A stretch of DNA of 64,000 bases, from contig CAVXEP010000007.1 in assembly GCA_963760795.1 (NCBI GenBank), positions 1-64,000 on the forward strand, written 5' to 3'. The translations under genes were made by a program, and so were the position numbers. The DNA is from an uncultured delta proteobacterium (GTDB lineage: Bacteria; Desulfobacterota; Binatia; UBA9968). Below, in pieces: positions 1 to 11,690 of the stretch; within the stretch, counting starts at the first letter, position 1; every line of letters starts with the position of its first letter. The notes under the pieces were generated by a model. The model ran no database searches, was not told the DNA's origin, and worked only from the letters and a program-made list of their open reading frames with translations.

Positions 1-170
1 CGCAGCATCTCTGGAGAGAAATCGTCGCGGTGCACCGTCCCGCCGGGAAAAACGTAGAAGCCGCCAAAAAAACGCATGGTTTCCGGCCGGCGAGTCAGGA
101 GAATATCGAAGCCACCGATTTCATCGGGCCGCAAAAGAACAACAGTGGAGGCGTTACGAGGGTGAACCAT
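1..170 (-). CDS. NUDIX hydrolase (NUDT19-like), 5' part; runs off the window edge
   Basis: Manual translation (not in the ORF track): MVHPRNASTVVLLRPDEIGGFDILLTRRPETMRFFGGFYVFPGGTVHRDD. The ASTVVLLR...LLTRR...F.GG.YVFPGG pattern is typical of the family. Confidence 0.8.
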   Translation of the reverse strand, partial: MVHPRNASTVVLLRPDEIGGFDILLTRRPETMRFFGGFYVFPGGTVHRDDFSPEML

Positions 171-177
171 AGCCAAT

Positions 178-365
178 CAAATACGAAATCCGAATATCGC
201 AATCCTCAATCCGAAACAAACTCAAATAACTATCAAACTCGGAAAATCCAAAACGCGGAATCCAAATTAAATTTGTTTCGTGCTTTCTCTATTTTGGGTC
301 ATTTGAATTTGTTTCGTGCTTCGTGCTTGGGTCCGCGGGGCCGCTTTCGTGCTTTGAACTTTGCA
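178..365. repeat. AT-rich imperfect inverted-repeat intergenic element (AAATxCGAAA / TTTCGTGCTT units)
   Basis: aaatacgaaatccgaa...ccgaaacaaa on the left; tttgtttcgtgctt repeated at about 272, 308 and 346 on the right. Confidence 0.5.
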
Positions 366-400
366 ATTCACCTTACCCTTACCCCTCACGCCTTACGTCC

Positions 401-1517
401 CTATTCCTTGAGCCCCAGAACGTTGTAAGCAACAACCGCGCGCTGGAAACCCTTCAATGACAACTCGCCGATCGGCTTCGACATCGGCGAGATCGGCGAT
501 ACTGGCGAGCAAGCGTTGCGGAAGCAAGATTTGCCCCGGCTTGGCCTCACCGCATAGGCGCGCAGCCAGATTGCAAACCGTGCCGATGGAGCCGTAGTCC
601 CAGCGCCCTTCGAAGCCGATGGCGCCGATGGTGGCGTAACCCTGGGCGATGCCGACGCCGAAGCCGAGGTCGTAACCGAGCTTGCGCCATTTGCCGGACA
701 ATTCCTCACTGCGCTCGCGCATCGCCAGCGCCATGCGCACCGCGCGCTCCTGCGGGTTAGGCACCGGCACCGGATCGTTGAAGATCACCATCATGCCATC
801 GCCGATGAAGCACTCGAGCGTCCCCTCGTGCTCCATGATCAATTGGCCCATGGCCGCGTGATACTCGCGCAGGACGCCCATCACTTCCTCGGGCTCGGCG
901 GTTTCAGCGAACGCGGTGAAGCCGCGCAGATCGAGAAACACCACGGTCACATCGCGCCGGTGCGTCTTGAGCGGATCGTCGGCGCCGCCGGCGACGATCA
1001 ATTCGGCGAGCTGCGGAGAGAAGAATCGTTTCAGCCGTTCCAAACGTTCCAGTTGTTCCACTTGTGTCTGAACACGCAATTCCAGCGTCTTGTTCCACTC
1101 GGCCAATTGCGCCGCTTGCATTTGCACCGTGTCATGCAGTTCTTTGATGCGCAGCAGCGACTTCACCCGCGCCAGCAGCTCCGATTGATTGATCGGCTTG
1201 GTAAGAAAATCATCCGCGCCGGCGTCGATGCCCTTGACCCGCTCCTCGCTGGGATCGAGCGCCGTGACCATGACCACCGGCAGCATCGCCGTCGCCGGAT
1301 TATTGCGAATCGTCAGGCACACCTCGTAGCCGCTCATCTCCGGCATGACGACGTCTAAAAGAACTAAATCCGGCGGCTCTGCATCGATCTTCAGCAACGC
1401 CTCCCGTCCCGACGCAGCCGTAATCACCGCATAGCCCTTCACGCCCAGCAGATCGGCCAGAAGTTTCACATTGCGCGGCGTGTCGTCGACGACGAGAATT
1501 TTGGCAGGTGTATTCAT
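401..1517 (-). CDS. Response regulator receiver fused to a class III adenylate/guanylate cyclase (frameshift near 480)
   Basis: REC domain (ILVVDD, LLDVVMP, KP) followed by cyclase motifs VVFLDLRGFT, FIGDGMM, GTVCNLAARL. The natural C-terminus (PIGELSLKGFQRAVVAYNVLGLKE*) lies in the alternative frame ending at 401. Confidence 0.9.
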
Positions 1518-1669
1518 TGTAGAAAATTAGTAAGGAGTAAGGTGAGTCAGGAGTGAAGGTTGGTCCAAGCCCGGCGACTTTTCACGATTTTACGATCTTT
1601 CCAAGCTTACTTGGCGTCTTTGCGCCTTTGCGGGAGAATCTCCACTCCGATCGCCTAACCCCTTACCAC

Positions 1670-2055
1670 TCACGCCTTACGATTCTCCCCTAGAACCCGT
1701 TCCACTTCAGCGAAAAAATCTTTCAACGTGATCGGCTTGGTCTGATAGCCGTCGAAGCCTTCGGCCAACATCGCCGTCCGGTTATTCGTCATCGCCGATG
1801 CGGTGATCGCGATGATCGGGATGCTCTCGCGTCTGCGCATCGGCCTTCAACTGCTTCATCGCCGTGATGCCGTCCATGCCCGGCAGCTGGATGTCCATGA
1901 GAATCAGCGCCGGCGCCTCGCTGCGCGCCAAGATCGAGCCCCACCTCCGCGGTCTCCGACTCGATGGTCCGATACCCCTTCACCTGCAGCACATCGCGGC
2001 ACAGCTTCCGGTTCTTCTCGTTATCCTCGATGATTAGAATGAATTCGCCAGCCAC
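1670..2055 (-). CDS. Single-domain response regulator (DivK/CheY-like), frameshifted
   Basis: MAGEFILIIEDNEKNRKLCRDVL...; other frames give ILMDIQLPGMDG and IPIIAITASAMTNNRTAMLAEGFDGYQTKPITLKDFFAEVERVLGENRKA*. Confidence 0.85.
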
Positions 2056-2108
2056 GAGATTCTCCTCGTCTAGTGTGACGTAACGTTGCGCTCAATACTT
2101 CGAGATTA

Positions 2109-2559
2109 TTCACCACGAAGGTCACGAAGGACACGAAGGTTCAGAGAACAAATCTTCTAATGCCCTTTCTCAAGACATCAACGTTAAAGTTGATCAAAAG
2201 CCCAACTCCGACTTCAGTAAGTTTCATGTAGGTCAAAACTTGCGCTTCATGAATCTTGAGCAATTGATCGACGCTCTTCAGTTCAACAATCATCCGGTCA
2301 TCAACTAACAGGTCGATTCGATATCCACAGTCGAGCCTGATCTCTTTGTATTTAACAGGTAGTTCAACCTGAAGCTTAAACGGTATATTTGCCTGGTTCA
2401 GCTCGTAAGCCAAGCACTGCTCGTAAGTCGATTCAAGCAAACCAGGCCCGAGCTGGCGATGCACTTCAATCGCACAACCAATCACCTTGTTCGATAATTC
2501 ATCAAACTTCACTATCGTATTACTCTTACCTTCGTGCCCTTCGTGTCCTTCGTGGTGAA
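2109..2559. mobile_element. Putative GxxExxY-nuclease element bounded by 32 bp inverted repeats
   Basis: Left arm 2109-2140 TTCACCACGAAGGTCACGAAGGACACGAAGGT. Right arm 2528-2559 reverse complement TTCACCACGAAGGACACGAAGGGCACGAAGGT (30/32 identical). It encloses only the GxxExxY gene, has visibly lower GC than its flanks, and sits between the kinase and its response regulator. Confidence 0.65.
2141..2512 (-). CDS. GxxExxY family protein (PD-(D/E)XK-like nuclease fold)
   Basis: IGCAIEVHRQLGPGLLESTYEQCL (GxxExxY motif), RIDLLVDDRMIVELKS (D...ExK), HEAQVLTYMKL, GLLINFN. A GTG start at 2512 gives 123 aa; the frame stays open to 2587. Confidence 0.92.
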   Translation of the reverse strand: MKFDELSNKVIGCAIEVHRQLGPGLLESTYEQCLAYELNQANIPFKLQVELPVKYKEIRLDCGYRIDLLVDDRMIVELKSVDQLLKIHEAQVLTYMKLTEVGVGLLINFNVDVLRKGIRRFVL

Positions 2560-2589
2560 CACCTCCAACAGCAAACTGAGCTGCCACAC

Positions 2590-5500
2590 TTATTGAATTG
2601 GCAGCGTAAATGTAAAAGTGCTGCCTTTGCCCACTTCGCTTTCGACCCAGATTTTGCCGCCGTGCATTTCGACGAAACGTTTCGTCAGCGTCAAACCCAG
2701 CCCCGTCCCTTCGCGCTTGTGCGCGTAGTTGCCGCTGGCTTGGCGGAACTCTTCGAAGATCGCTTCTTGGTCTTCCTTGGCGATGCCGATGCCGGTGTCG
2801 ACGACCGACAGGATCACCGCGCTGTCGCCCAACCTCGCCTCGACCTTCACCTGCCCGCCCTCGGGCGTGAACTTCACCGCGTTGGTCAGCAGGTTGACGA
2901 GGATCTGTTTGATCTTGCGCTCGTCGCCGGTGAAGTCGCCCAAGCCGCTCGTCGATCGCGCTGGTCGAGTTTGATGCCGTGCCGGCTGGCGCGCTCGCGC
3001 ACCAGTAACATGGCGTTGTCGATGGCGTCGGGCAGATGAAACGTCGTCACCTCCAACTCCATGCGCCCGGCTTCGACCTTGGACAGATCGAGGATGTCGT
3101 TGATCAGCGACAGCAGATGGCGCCCGGAGGAAAGAATGTCGTCGACATATTCATTTTGCTTGTCGTTCAACTCGCCGAAGTATTTTTCCAGCAGCACTTC
3201 CGAGAAGCCGATGATCGCGTTGAGCGGCGTGCGCAGCTCATGCGACACGTTGGCGAGAAACTCCGACTTGTGCCGGTTGGCCGCTTCGATCTCGCGGTTC
3301 TTGTCGCCGATCTCGCGGAACAGCCGCGCGTTGTGGATCGCCAGAGCCGACTGCGTCGCGAAAGTTTGCAGCAGATTAATCACTTCCGGTTCGAACTCGC
3401 CGGCTTGCCGCCGCCAGACCGTCAGTCCTCCCATGATCTGCTGCTCGCGCAAGAGCGGCACCGTCAGCAGCGAGCGGTAACCGAGACGGGTGAGCAGCGG
3501 TCTGATCCGCGAAGCCGTACGCTCCTGCTGATCCAACGTATCCGCGAATCTGCACCGGCGCGCGAGTCATCGCCGCCTGACCCGCGGCGCCTTCACCCAG
3601 CCGTATGCGCGCCGCTCTGAGCCCTTCGACCGCTTCGGCTTCCATATGGTGGCTGGCCCGCAAATTAAACTCTTGCGCCGCCTCGTCATATTCGTAGATG
3701 ACGCCGCAATCGGTTCCCGACAGATCGACGGCGCGGGCGACGATGGTTTCCAGCACGGTTTCAAGATCGAGGCTGGAGCTCACCGCCTGGCCGACTTCGC
3801 TCAGCGCTTTCATTTCCTCGACCGACTCCACCAGCTCGCGCGTGCGTTCTTGCAATTCTTGGAACAGTCGGACGTTCTCGATGGCGATGACGGCTTGGTC
3901 GGCGAAGGTCTTGAGGAGCGCGATTTGCTTGTCAGTGAACGGTCGAACCTCCGTTCGGCGAATCAAGATAGCTCCAATGGGAACACCTTCGCGGAGCAGC
4001 GGCGTGGCAAGAACCGTCCGAGCACCGAGACCGTTCTGAGCGAAGCTTTGACGTCTGCGTAATTCGGTTTCCGACCTCCGCCGCAAGATCATGGATGTGA
4101 ATGGTTTGCCGATCAAGGATGGCTCGGCCAGCATGGCAGACCGCGAGTTAATGGACGGCTGTCGATACCGGTCTGGCATGCGGTCCATATTTCGCCACTG
4201 TCTTGAAGAAGTCGCCATCGACACGGATAATCGCAGCATCAGTCGCGTCACACAGCCGCGCGGCATTCTCTGCCACCACATCCAGCACCGGCTGGATATC
4301 CGTCGGCGAGCTGGCGATCACGCGCAGAATCTCGCTCGTCGCGGTCTGTTGCTCCAAAGCTTCGGTGAGCTGGCGGTTGCGAGTATCGAGCTCGTTGAAC
4401 AGCCGGACGTTTTCGATGGCGATGACGGCTTGGCTGGCGAATGTCTCAAGAAGTTTGATCTGTTTATCGGTAAACGGGCGCACTTCGGTGCGGCGGATTA
4501 GAATTAGTCCGATGAGGTACTCCCTCGCGCAGCAATGGCGCGCAAAGCAGCGTCCGAGACCCCGAAACGCTTTTGGGAGCGCCTTGCTTTCAGGAAACTC
4601 AGTTTCGACCTCCACGGCGAGATCATGAACATGAATCGTTTGCCGGTCGATGATCGCTCGCGAGGGCGCATGGCCACGGGTAATGAGCCACCTCTCCTCC
4701 AGACCAGGCGCCGGCATCGACCCATAAGGATGCCACGGATCGAAGGCAATCACCCTCGACGACGTTGGATCTGAGCATCCGTTGCGTCACAGAGCCGCGC
4801 CGCATTTTCGGCAACCACATCGAGCACCGGCTGAATATCCGTCGGCGAGCTGGCGATGACGCCAAGGATCTGGCTCGTCGCCGTCTGCTGTTCCAGCGAC
4901 TCGGTGAGCTCTTGGAACAACCGCACGTTCTCGATGGCGATGACGGCTTGGTCGGCGAAGGTTTTGAGAAGCGCGATCTGCTCTTCGGTGAACGGGCGCA
5001 CCTCGGTGCGCCGGATCGCGATGGCGCCAATGGGAACGCCCTCGCGGAGAAGTGGAACGGCCAGCAACGTCCGGATATCGCCAGGCGCTCATGAGCACGC
5101 CTATTGTCCGCAGAGTATTCGTCGCGACCTCTAGCGCATGTCGTGGATGTGGACAGTCGCCGATCGAGAACGGCACGGCCATCGCAGCCAGACTCGCTGG
5201 CTGCATCGGCCTGGGCTTTCGCCGACTACCGTAGTACTGCGGACCGACATGCCGTAACTGCGCAGACCATGCGCACCATGTCACCATCGACGCGAAAGAT
5301 CTGCGCATCGCTTGCGTCACAAAGCCGCGCGGCATTCTCGGCGACAACATCCAGCACCGGCTGAATATCCGTCGGCGAGCTGGCGATCACGCGCAGAATC
5401 TCGCTCGTCGCCGTCTGCTGCTCCAGAGCTTCGGTAAGTTGGCGGTTGCGATCTCCGAGTTCCTTGAACAGCCGCACGTTTTCGATGGCGATGACGGCTT

Positions 5501-8500
5501 GATCGGCGAAGGTTTTGAGCAACGCGATCTGCTTGTCCGAGAAAGGGCGAACTTCGGTGCGGCGAATAAAGATGGCCCCGATTGCAACCCCCTCGCGGAG
5601 CAAAGGTGCAACTAACATAGTACGAAGACCGACGGCTTGTGTAAACTTCCAGCCTTCGGGAAATTCGGCCTGAGCCTCCGGGCTCAACATGTCATCGACG
5701 TGTACGACCGCTCGATCGATCATAGCTCTGCCTGGAGGCAGACCCCGGATGAGAGGTCTAGGTTTATCGCGGTCGGGGATAGGCATAGATCCGTGTGCGG
5801 CCACGAGCCGATAACCGGCGCCGTCAATGCGGTAAATGTTGGCGTCGGCTGCTTCACATAGCCGTGCCGCACTTTCGGCAACCACATCCAACACCGGCTG
5901 AACGTCGGTCGGCGAACTGGCGATGACGCTCAGAATTTCACTCGTCGCGGTTTGCTGCTCCAGCGCTTCGGTGATTTCGCGATTGCGCTCTTGCAGTTCC
6001 TGGAACAGCCGGACGTTCTCGATGGCGATGACGGCTTGGTCGGCGAAGGTCTCGAAGTAGCGCGACCTGCTTCTGGGAGAACGGACCGACATCGGAATGC
6101 CAAACTGTGATTGCGCCGATCGGATCGCTCCCTCGGAGCATCGGCACGGCCAACACGCTACGGAAGCGGGATACTGTCGGAGATCGTCGGGCAAAGTCAT
6201 GCTCGGGTCTTGTGCGACATCGGGAACGTGAAGCAACCTGCGCGGTCGCAGGATCGCTCGCGCCGTCGAATAGATGTCGGCCCGGCGGGGTTGGAAAGAG
6301 CCGCCGGGATAGCTCCAGCGCCGCCGGTGGATAGTTGCAATCAGCGACCATGCGGATCAACTCACCGTCGAAGCGGTAGACCGATCCGAAAAGCGCGCCG
6401 CAAAGCTCTCGACCGAATTTTGGGCGATCGATCGAACACGGGCTGCACATTCGGTCGGCGAGCGGCTGCTGATGACCGCAAGCACCTCGCCCGTCGCCGT
6501 CTGCTGCTCCAGCGCTTCGCGTAAGTCCGCGGTTGCGCGTCACCGAGTTCGTTGAACAGCCGGACGTTCTCGATGGCGATGACGGCTTGGTCGGCGAAGG
6601 TTTCGAGCAAGCTTGATCTGCTTGTCGGTAAACGGACGAACTTCGGTGCGGCGAATCATGATTGCTCCGATCGGATACTCCTTCGCGCAGCAACGGCGCG
6701 CCAAGCACAGTTCGAGTACCGACGCTTGCTGGTGCAGCTCTGGCTTTCAGGAAACTCAGTTTCGACCTCCGCGGCAATGTCATGGACGTGAATCGTCTGC
6801 CGGTCGAGCATCGCTCGGCCGAGGGAGTCTGACCCGGTGTGATCGGCGAACTCCTCAACGGCCTGGCGCCGGCATCGACCCATAGGATGCCACGAGCTCG
6901 CAGCGAAGTCACCCTCGACGGCGATGGATCTGCGCATCAGTTGCGTCGCATAGCCGCGCGGCGTTCTCGGCAACGACATCCAGCACCGGCTGAATATCGG
7001 TCGGCGAGCTGGCGATGACGCCCAAGAATTTCACTCGTCGCGGTCTGCTGCTCCAGCGACTCGTTGAGCTCTTGGAACAGCCGCACGTTCTCGATGGCGA
7101 TCACGGCTTGGTCGGCGAAGGTTTCAAGCAGCTTGATCTGCGCCGGGGTGAAGGGGCGCACCTCGGTGCGACGTGCGTTCAGCGCTCCAATGAGTTCCCC
7201 CTGCTGACGAAGGGGAACGGCCAAGAAGGTGCGAAAGTCGCCGACGGAACCCAACGTTGGGAAATCGTTCTGCGCGCGGACGTCGGGAATGTGGAGCGTG
7301 CCGTGCTCGCGCATCCAGCGAAACTGTGGCTCATCAATACTGATCTCGACGCGGCCAATGGGTATGGGACCAAAATGAGCCCGCGAGAACCATAACGTTC
7401 CCCTCGCGGAGTCGCAGCACCACGTCATCGATCCCACAAACCCGGGCGGCGCTCTCGACGATGGCGTCGAGCACCGGCTGCACGTCCGTCGGCGAGCGGC
7501 TGATGATGCCGAGCACCTCGGCCGTCGCCGTCTGATGCTCCAGCGCCTCGCGCAATTCCGCGTTGCGCTCGCCGAGTTCCTTGAACAGGCGCACGTTCTC
7601 GATGGCGATGACCGCCTGAGTCGGCGAAGGTTTCAAGCAGTTCGATCTGCTTGTCGGTAAAGGGACGGACCTCCATGCGGCGAATATGAATCACGCCAAT
7701 GGCAACGCCTTCACGCAGCAGCGGCGTGCCAAGCACGGTCCGAACGCCAGTCGTTCTGACGCGCTTGCACGTCCGGAAACTCCGCTTCGAGCTCCGGCAT
7801 CAAGTCCGGAATATGGATGATTTGCCGGTCGACAACCGCTCGACCAGCACGGTGACTGACGGTCGATGGGCCGAGCGTCCGCGCGCTCGGGCACAGGCCC
7901 AAAATGTGCACGCGCTCGAAGAACGTCACCATCGACGAGCCGAATGATGCGCATCGTTGGCGCCGCATACTCGCGCGGCATTCTCAGCGACCACATCCAG
8001 CACCGGCTGAATATCCGTCGGCGAGCTGGCGATGACGCCCAAGAATCTCACTCGTCGCCGTTTGCTGCTCCAACGACTCCGTGAGTTCTTGGAACAGCCG
8101 CACGTTCTCGATGGCGATCACGGCCTGGTCGGCGAAGGTTTCAAGCAGCTTGATCTGCGCCGGGGTGAACGGGCGCACCTCGATGCGACGCGCGATCAGG
8201 ACTCCAATGAGTTCCCCCTGCTGACGAAGGGGAACGGCCAAATAGGTACGAAAACTGCCGACGGAACCTACCCTCGGGAAATCGTTCTGCGCGCGGACGT
8301 CGGGAATGTGGAGCGTGCCATGCTCGCGCATCCAGCGAAACTGTGGCTCATCGACACTGATCTCGACGCGGCCAGATGGGTATGGGACCAAAATGAGCCC
8401 GCGGAACCATAGCGTTCCCCTCGCGGAGTCGCAGCACCACGTCATCGATCCCACAAACCCGCGCCGCGCTCTCGACGATGGCGTCGAGCACCGGCTGCAC

Positions 8501-11302
8501 GTCCGTCGGCGAGCGGCTGATGATGCCGAGCACCTCGGCCGTCGCCGTCTGATGCTCCAGCGCCTCGCGCAATTCCGCGTTGCGCTCACCGAGTTCCTTG
8601 AACAGCCGCACGTTCTCGATGGCGATGACGGCTTGGTCGGCGAAGGTTTTGAGCAAGCGAGATTTGTTTATCGGTAAATGGATGGACTTCGGTGCGACGA
8701 ATGAAGATCACACCGATCGCAACACCTTCGCGCAGTAGCGGTGTAGCAAGAGCAGTTCGAATCCCTGTTCGCCTCGCTCTGACGGCGTCTCCGGAAATTC
8801 GTTTTCTACCTCGGCTGAAGATCATGAATATGAATCGTCTGTCGATCGAGCACCGCTCGGCCGACCAACGCGATCCGCGATCGAGCGGTCGACTCGCTCG
8901 CCGGCTCGGAATCGGTGCCGATAGATGCGGCCGACCAGCGAAGCACATCACCTTCGACACGCGAGATCATGCGCATCGATCGCATCGCATAGTCGCGCGG
9001 CGTTTTCTGCAATCGTGTCCAGCACCGGCTGAATATCCGTCGGCGAGCTGGCGATGACGCCCAGGATTTCACTCGTCGCCGTCTGCTGCTCCAACGACTC
9101 CTTGAGTTCTTGAAACAGCCGCACATTCTCGATGGCGATCACGGCTTGGTCGGCGAAGGTTTCGAGCAGCTTGATCTGCGCCGGGGTGAAGGGGCGCACC
9201 TCGGTGCGACGCGCGTTCAGTGACTCCAATGAGTTCCCCCTGCTGACGAAGGGGAACGGCCAAGAAGGTGCGCCAGTCGCCGGCGGAACCCGACATCTGG
9301 GAAATCGTTCTGCGCGCGGACGTCGGGAACATGGAGCGCGCCATGCTCGCGCATCCAGCGAAACTGTGGCTCATCGATACTGATCTCGACGCGGCGCGAT
9401 GGGTATGGGACCAAAATGAGCCCGCGGAACTCATAACGTCCCCCTCGCGGAGTCGCAGCACCACGTCATCGATCCCACAAACCCGCGCGGCGCTCTCGAC
9501 GATGGCGTCGAGCACCGGCTGCACGTCCGTCGGCGAGCGGCTGATGATGCCGAGCACCTCGGCGGTCGCCGTCTGATGCTCCAGCGCCTCGCGCAATTCC
9601 GCGTTGCGCTCGCCGAGTTCTTTGAACAAGCGGACGTTCTCAATGGCGATCACGGCCTGGTCGGCGAAGGTCTTGAACAAGCGCGATCTGCTTATCGGAG
9701 AATGGACGAACCTCAATGCGACGAATTACGATCGCCCCGATGGACGCACCTTCGCGCAGCAGCGGCGTGGCGAGCATGGTTCGAGCACCGATTCGTTGCT
9801 GGCAAATTGCGATCGGGAACTCCCTTCGGCTCCGCTGCAAGTCATGAACGTGGATAGTTTGCCGTCGATAATCGCTCGGCCGGCACGGAATGCGGCTCAA
9901 TCGCACGGTCCTGTGCCACGCGACCATCGAGCGGTCCGTAATGTGCGACTCGCCTAGGAACATCTCCATTCGACGATCAATCAGCGCGTCGTTCGCGTCG
10001 CATAATTGCGCGGCACTTTCGGCGATCGCGTCCAGCACCGGCTGCAGATCCGTCGGCGAACTGGCGATGACGCGAAGAATCTCGCTCGTCGCCGTCTGCT
10101 GCTCCAACGCCTCGCGCAGTTCCGAGTTGGAGGACTCCAGCTCAGCGGTTTTGCTTCTAACCTGCTCAAACAGATTGATGTTCTCGACGGCGACGCCGAT
10201 CTGATCGCACATCGAGTTAATCAGCCGGACTTCTTCGGCAATCAGCTTTCTCGGCTCTTTGCCCAGGCAGGTGATTGTCCCCAAAAACCGTTCTTTGGCT
10301 TTGATTGGAAAAAGCGCGAAGAAACAGTGATCGCGCTGTTGGGTGGCTTTGGTTTGACTCAGTTCCTGATAACGAGGATCGGTCTTGACGTTCTCAAAAA
10401 TGATCGGTTCGCCGGTCTCCGCCACTCTGCCCGTGAGTCCCTGGCCACGGCGAAAGCCTCTAGGGGAAGGTGCTTCTTCATGAGGAGCGAAGGAAGCCAC
10501 TCTATTTAAGTATTCTCTCTGCGGGTCGAAGAGAAAAATGCTCATCGAATCAAAAGCAAAAATCTCCGTTATCTTCCTAATCACTTCGTCCAAGACCGGC
10601 TTGATCTCCAAGGACCGGCTGGCGGCGGTCGTCACATCGTGCAGCGCCGCGAGATCGCGGTTGCCGGCCTCGCGTTCCTGGAACAGCCGGGCATTCTCGA
10701 TGGCGATCACCGCCTGGTCGGCGAAGGTTTCGAGCAGTTTGATCTGCGCGTCCGTGAAGGGTCGGACTTCCGTGCGGCGGATATGAATGCACCCGATCGG
10801 TTGGCCGTTCAGAAGCAGCGGGGTTGCGAGTGCCGTTCGGACGCCGACGGTAAGACCGTGAGCCATTGCACCGGGATACTCGTCTGCAGCAGCGCGAAGG
10901 TCATGGACATGCACCGTTTCCCGGTCGACAACCGCCCGGCCGTGCGGCGTGCTGCGGTCGAGAGGTCCGCTCACACCAATCGGAGACACGGTTGGTACCG
11001 AGCCGAAATGCGACACGGCGTAGTAACGATCGCCTTCCAAGCGGCGAACCAAAGCATCGTCGGCCTCACACAACCGCGCTGCACTCTCGGCAATGGTATC
11101 CATCACCGATTGGATGTCCGCCGGTAGCTCTTGCGATCATGCGCAGGATCTCGCTGGTGGCGTTTTCCCGCGCTAAAGCGTCGGCGAGTTCGCGCTGAAG
11201 GCCTGAGTTGAGCCGGTCTTCTTAGGCTGGGACTTCTTCGCCGCGACAGAGCGCGGCTTGGCCTTGGCCTTCTTCGCACCTTTTTTCTTGAATCGTGGCC
11301 AT
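2590..11302 (-). CDS. Giant multi-GAF (~15 GAF) cytoplasmic sensor histidine kinase, broken by many apparent frameshifts
   Basis: Repeated GAF end motif [12 protein letters not shown] and linker [24 protein letters not shown] at ~510-550 bp period. His[21 protein letters not shown]; HATPase [22 protein letters not shown]. Lys-rich N-terminus from ATG 11302. Confidence 0.88.
6980..9680. repeat. Three near-identical GAF cassettes at ~1,020 bp period inside the kinase gene
   Basis: The block encoding [12 protein letters not shown]...[27 protein letters not shown]...[12 protein letters not shown] recurs at about 6980-7650, 7996-8660 and 9016-9680. Confidence 0.85.
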
Positions 11303-11460
11303 AGAACCACTGGATAGACTGCTGACTTGTACGCCAGGTCATTGCCGAGCGTCAAGGAAACGGTTGGTTACAAATGCGCGTAAGGGGTGAAGGGTCAGGG
11401 GTTAGGCGATTCGGAGAAGAGTATCTTCCGTAAGGCACCAAGGCAGATCACCCTCACGGC

Positions 11461-11489
11461 TTGACGAGCCCTGATTCGCGGACTAGCCT
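11461..11489 (+). promoter_or_regulatory. Putative sigma70 promoter for the antitoxin remnant
   Basis: TTGACG-N17-TAGCCT, 9 nt upstream of ATG 11499. Confidence 0.35.
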
Positions 11490-11498
11490 GAGCCCACC

Positions 11499-11690
11499 AT
11501 GACTAAGGGCAAAAGCCATCAAGCCAAGACGCAGTTAGTAACAAAAGCCACCGTACGCCGGCCAGGTAGCATGCGCGGCAAGATTCGCATCAAAAAGAAC
11601 TTCGACGCGCCTCTTCCCAAAGTGCTACTCAATGCCTTCGAAGGGAAGCCGTGATCGTCCGGCTACTGCTTGACCCATGTCCTTCTTAGA
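11499..11690 (+). pseudogene. Decayed vapBC-like toxin-antitoxin: internally deleted Phd/VapB-like antitoxin (51 aa) and a few codons of a PIN toxin
   Basis: MTKGKSHQAKTQLVTKATVRRPGSMRGKIRIKKNFDAPLPKVLLNAFEGKP* (11499-11654). The overlapping GTGA start then reads VIVRLLLD, and HVLL after a frameshift, resembling the VapC start RLLLDTHVLL. Confidence 0.6.

Noticed and set aside
30-428. 132 aa plus-strand ORF
   Set aside because: It overlaps the antisense NUDIX start and reads through repeat elements; not a credible protein.
3300-11100. GAF repeats as a diversity-generating retroelement TR/VR pair
   Set aside because: There is no reverse transcriptase in the window, and differences between copies do not appear adenine-specific.
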